Positions 62,143-64,000 of a stretch of 64,000 nt of DNA are shown here, piece by piece. The notes below the pieces were generated by a model, which saw only the letters and a list, made by a program, of their open reading frames with translations, had not been told where the DNA came from and searched no databases. Position 1 is the first letter of the stretch. Each line of letters begins with the position of its first letter. The stretch comes from Dehalococcoidia bacterium (GTDB taxonomy: Bacteria; Chloroflexota; Dehalococcoidia; Lucifugimonadales; UBA3495). The position numbers and the translations under genes were made by a program. The stretch spans positions 646,854-710,853 of the forward strand of contig CBDESR010000005.1 in the NCBI GenBank assembly GCA_965242615.1, read 5' to 3'.

Positions 62143-63680
62143 AAGTAAAGTTGGGTCGGCGCTGGGTACTGCCGGCGGTAGGAATTTTGGCGTTGCTGCT
62201 GGCGGCGGGGTGCGCCGCCGGGTCGCCGGCAGCGGAGCCGGCGCCGGTATTGGACAGCAGGCCGGGGCTGGCTATGACGCCGGCGACGGCCGGGGGCGGG
62301 ATGACGCCGGCGGTGGACCAGGAACTGCTGGCGGAGTTTGCGGCCAGTCAGGAAGCCATCAACGGCGATTGGGATGCCTTTCACGCCGAATTTGACGCTT
62401 GGCGGGCCGGTTTGACAGCGTGCGACCGGAGCGCGGTGACGGCGGCCTTGCGGGAGTTTGCCGGGGAGTTTGGCGGCATTACGGCGTTGGCGCGGGATTT
62501 GCCGGCCAGCGGGATTACCCGGGGGCTGGCGTATCCGGTTATGGATGCGGCGGCGGTCGAGGGTATGCTGCTGGGGGAGTATCGGGATAATTGGCAGCCG
62601 GGCAACACGGCATTGGCGGCGGCGGTGCAGACGCAGCGGGATGCGGCGGCGGTGGTACTGCGGGATACGGCGGAGCGACTGGATGAACTGGGGGAAAGGG
62701 ATGACCCGGAGCAGCGGGCGGCGGCGGAAAGTCTGAAAGACGCCTTGGAACCCATCAGCGCGGCTTGGGATGAGTTGCATCAGGATTACGCCGCACTGAG
62801 TCGGGAGCAGGGGGAAATTGTCCCGGTCGAGGAAGTCATCGATAGAGTGGGTGACCTGCTGACCCGCTTGACCGGGGAGGTTCTGGAGCCGCTGCAAAAG
62901 CTGGAATCAGAGGATGATGCGGTAGCTGAGGTGGCGGACAATTTGGCGATGGCGGCCAAGGCGGAACAGGCGGCGATGGGGGAATTGCTGGACGGCATTA
63001 CTTTGCGGTCGCAGGAAAGGGAAGCGGCCGCCGCGGAAGGGCCGCCGGTGGGACTGGAGGAGTTGCTGGGATTAGTGCCGGAAACCGGCGGGGATGATAC
63101 CGGGTCGGACGCTGCGCCGGAAGGGGCGGGCAATGGGGAACCGCCGCCGCCCCCGCCGCTGGAGCCGGTGGATAATGGGGACTTGTTTGCGGTGATGAGC
63201 GCGGAAGTGGACGCCGCTAATGATGCCCGCAAGAGCGGCAACCGGGAGTTGAAAAAACTGACCGAGGGGGTTAAGGAGTCGGACCGGCAGGCTTTGGCGG
63301 AGTTTGGCGCCGCATTGAACCGGCTGCAAGGGGAGTGGGAGGATTTCCACGCCGGCTATGATGATTGGGTGAGTGTGGAGGGCGGGTGCGACCGGGCGGC
63401 GGCGGCGCAGGCGTTGGCCGGGTTTCAGCAGCGGTTTAACTTGCTGGGAGCGCGGGTGCGGGGGTTGTCGCAAGCGTCTTACCTGCGGCCGACAGCGGAT
63501 TTGCTGACGGCGGCGGTTAGCGGCGAGGAAGCGGCGTTACGGGCTTTGACCAGTTCATGGCAGCCGTACGCCGCCGATATATACCGGCCGCTGGATCGGG
63601 AACGGGCCAAGTCGGATAATTTGCGGCGGCAAGCCGACCGGCGGACTTTGGAAGCGATGGAGCGGTTTGGGGGAGGGTAG
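62139..63680 (+). CDS. Hypothetical lipoprotein with internal ~150-aa duplication
   Basis: Lipobox LLAAGC. Repeats INGDWDAFHAEFDAWRAGLTACDRSAVTAAL.. and LQGEWEDFHAGYDDWVSVEGGCDRAAAAQAL. Confidence 0.55.
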   Translation: MKVKLGRRWVLPAVGILALLLAAGCAAGSPAAEPAPVLDSRPGLAMTPATAGGGMTPAVDQELLAEFAASQEAINGDWDAFHAEFDAWRAGLTACDRSAVTAALREFAGEFGGITALARDLPASGITRGLAYPVMDAAAVEGMLLGEYRDNWQPGNTALAAAVQTQRDAAAVVLRDTAERLDELGERDDPEQRAAAESLKDALEPISAAWDELHQDYAALSREQGEIVPVEEVIDRVGDLLTRLTGEVLEPLQKLESEDDAVAEVADNLAMAAKAEQAAMGELLDGITLRSQEREAAAAEGPPVGLEELLGLVPETGGDDTGSDAAPEGAGNGEPPPPPPLEPVDNGDLFAVMSAEVDAANDARKSGNRELKKLTEGVKESDRQALAEFGAALNRLQGEWEDFHAGYDDWVSVEGGCDRAAAAQALAGFQQRFNLLGARVRGLSQASYLRPTADLLTAAVSGEEAALRALTSSWQPYAADIYRPLDRERAKSDNLRRQADRRTLEAMERFGGG

Positions 63681-63758
63681 TTCCCCCGGCTTTTGCGCCT
63701 TTCATCCGCAACTTCCTGCCGGATGAAAGGTAAGCCTTTGCCGTATTCCTGACATAGG

Positions 63759-63995
63759 TCAGTCGATATACCCTTGCCGCCGCCCCCACTCGAGCCAATA
63801 CTCGGACATTTTCGGAATCCGGCCGGCGTATTCCGGCGGCACCGGGTTTTCGCCGCTGATGGCCCGCAATGCCGCAAACCAATGCCCGCCGCGCTCTTGT
63901 AATTCCCGCAGCAACAGGGGGATGGCGGCCACGCCCATTCCGATGATTTCTTGATAGGCCGGGTGGTCTTTCTTTTGAGTGGAGGAGGAGAGCAT
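63759..63995 (-). CDS. Hypothetical small protein (78 aa)
   Basis: ORF only. Non-repetitive, balanced composition. Confidence 0.35.
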   Translation of the reverse strand: MLSSSTQKKDHPAYQEIIGMGVAAIPLLLRELQERGGHWFAALRAISGENPVPPEYAGRIPKMSEYWLEWGRRQGYID

Positions 63996-64000
63996 ACCGG

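Overview
High-GC (about 60-65% by eye) bacterial chromosomal window, gene-dense on both strands, with GGAGG-type ribosome-binding sites. The palindromic GTCATTCC..GGAATGAC repeats plus the Uma2 and HigBA content suggest a Chloroflexota-like genome, but that is only an impression. Housekeeping backbone: sppA, purA, dnaJ-prmA, ftsH, der-plsY-gpsA and tRNA-Ala(GGC). The left 12.4 kb looks like a defence island. It holds a 5'-truncated IS1595 transposase, a 1754-aa Mrr-nuclease/SF2-helicase/N6-adenine-MTase fusion (Type ISP-like), a tandemly duplicated Uma2-endonuclease + 2-TM protein cassette, and a complete Type III mod-res operon with a perfect 28-bp-arm palindrome inside mod. Elsewhere there are three HigB/HigA pairs (two in a decaying tandem array) and two low-GC PLD-nuclease/zinc-ribbon paralogues starting 36 nt after tRNA-Ala. 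A 915-aa MmeI-like single-chain nuclease-MTase has an MTase/C-terminal module paralogous to that of the giant fusion. Two GT39-like membrane glycosyltransferases carry an unnamed C-terminal repeat domain, and one has a C12 homopolymer at codons 6-10. Also present are DUF4349 paralogues, a kinase/PP2C pair, an SBP56/arylsulfotransferase cluster, and two non-coding stretches with promoter- and/or terminator-like signals that may be structured RNAs. I saw no CRISPR array, rRNA or intact mobile element. Best novelty candidates, all unproven: the Uma2 + TM-protein cassette between the two R-M systems, the PLD/zinc-ribbon pair at the tRNA, the swap of N-terminal modules between the two MTase-containing enzymes, and the roughly 0.7-kb non-coding region upstream of the second sppA-like gene.
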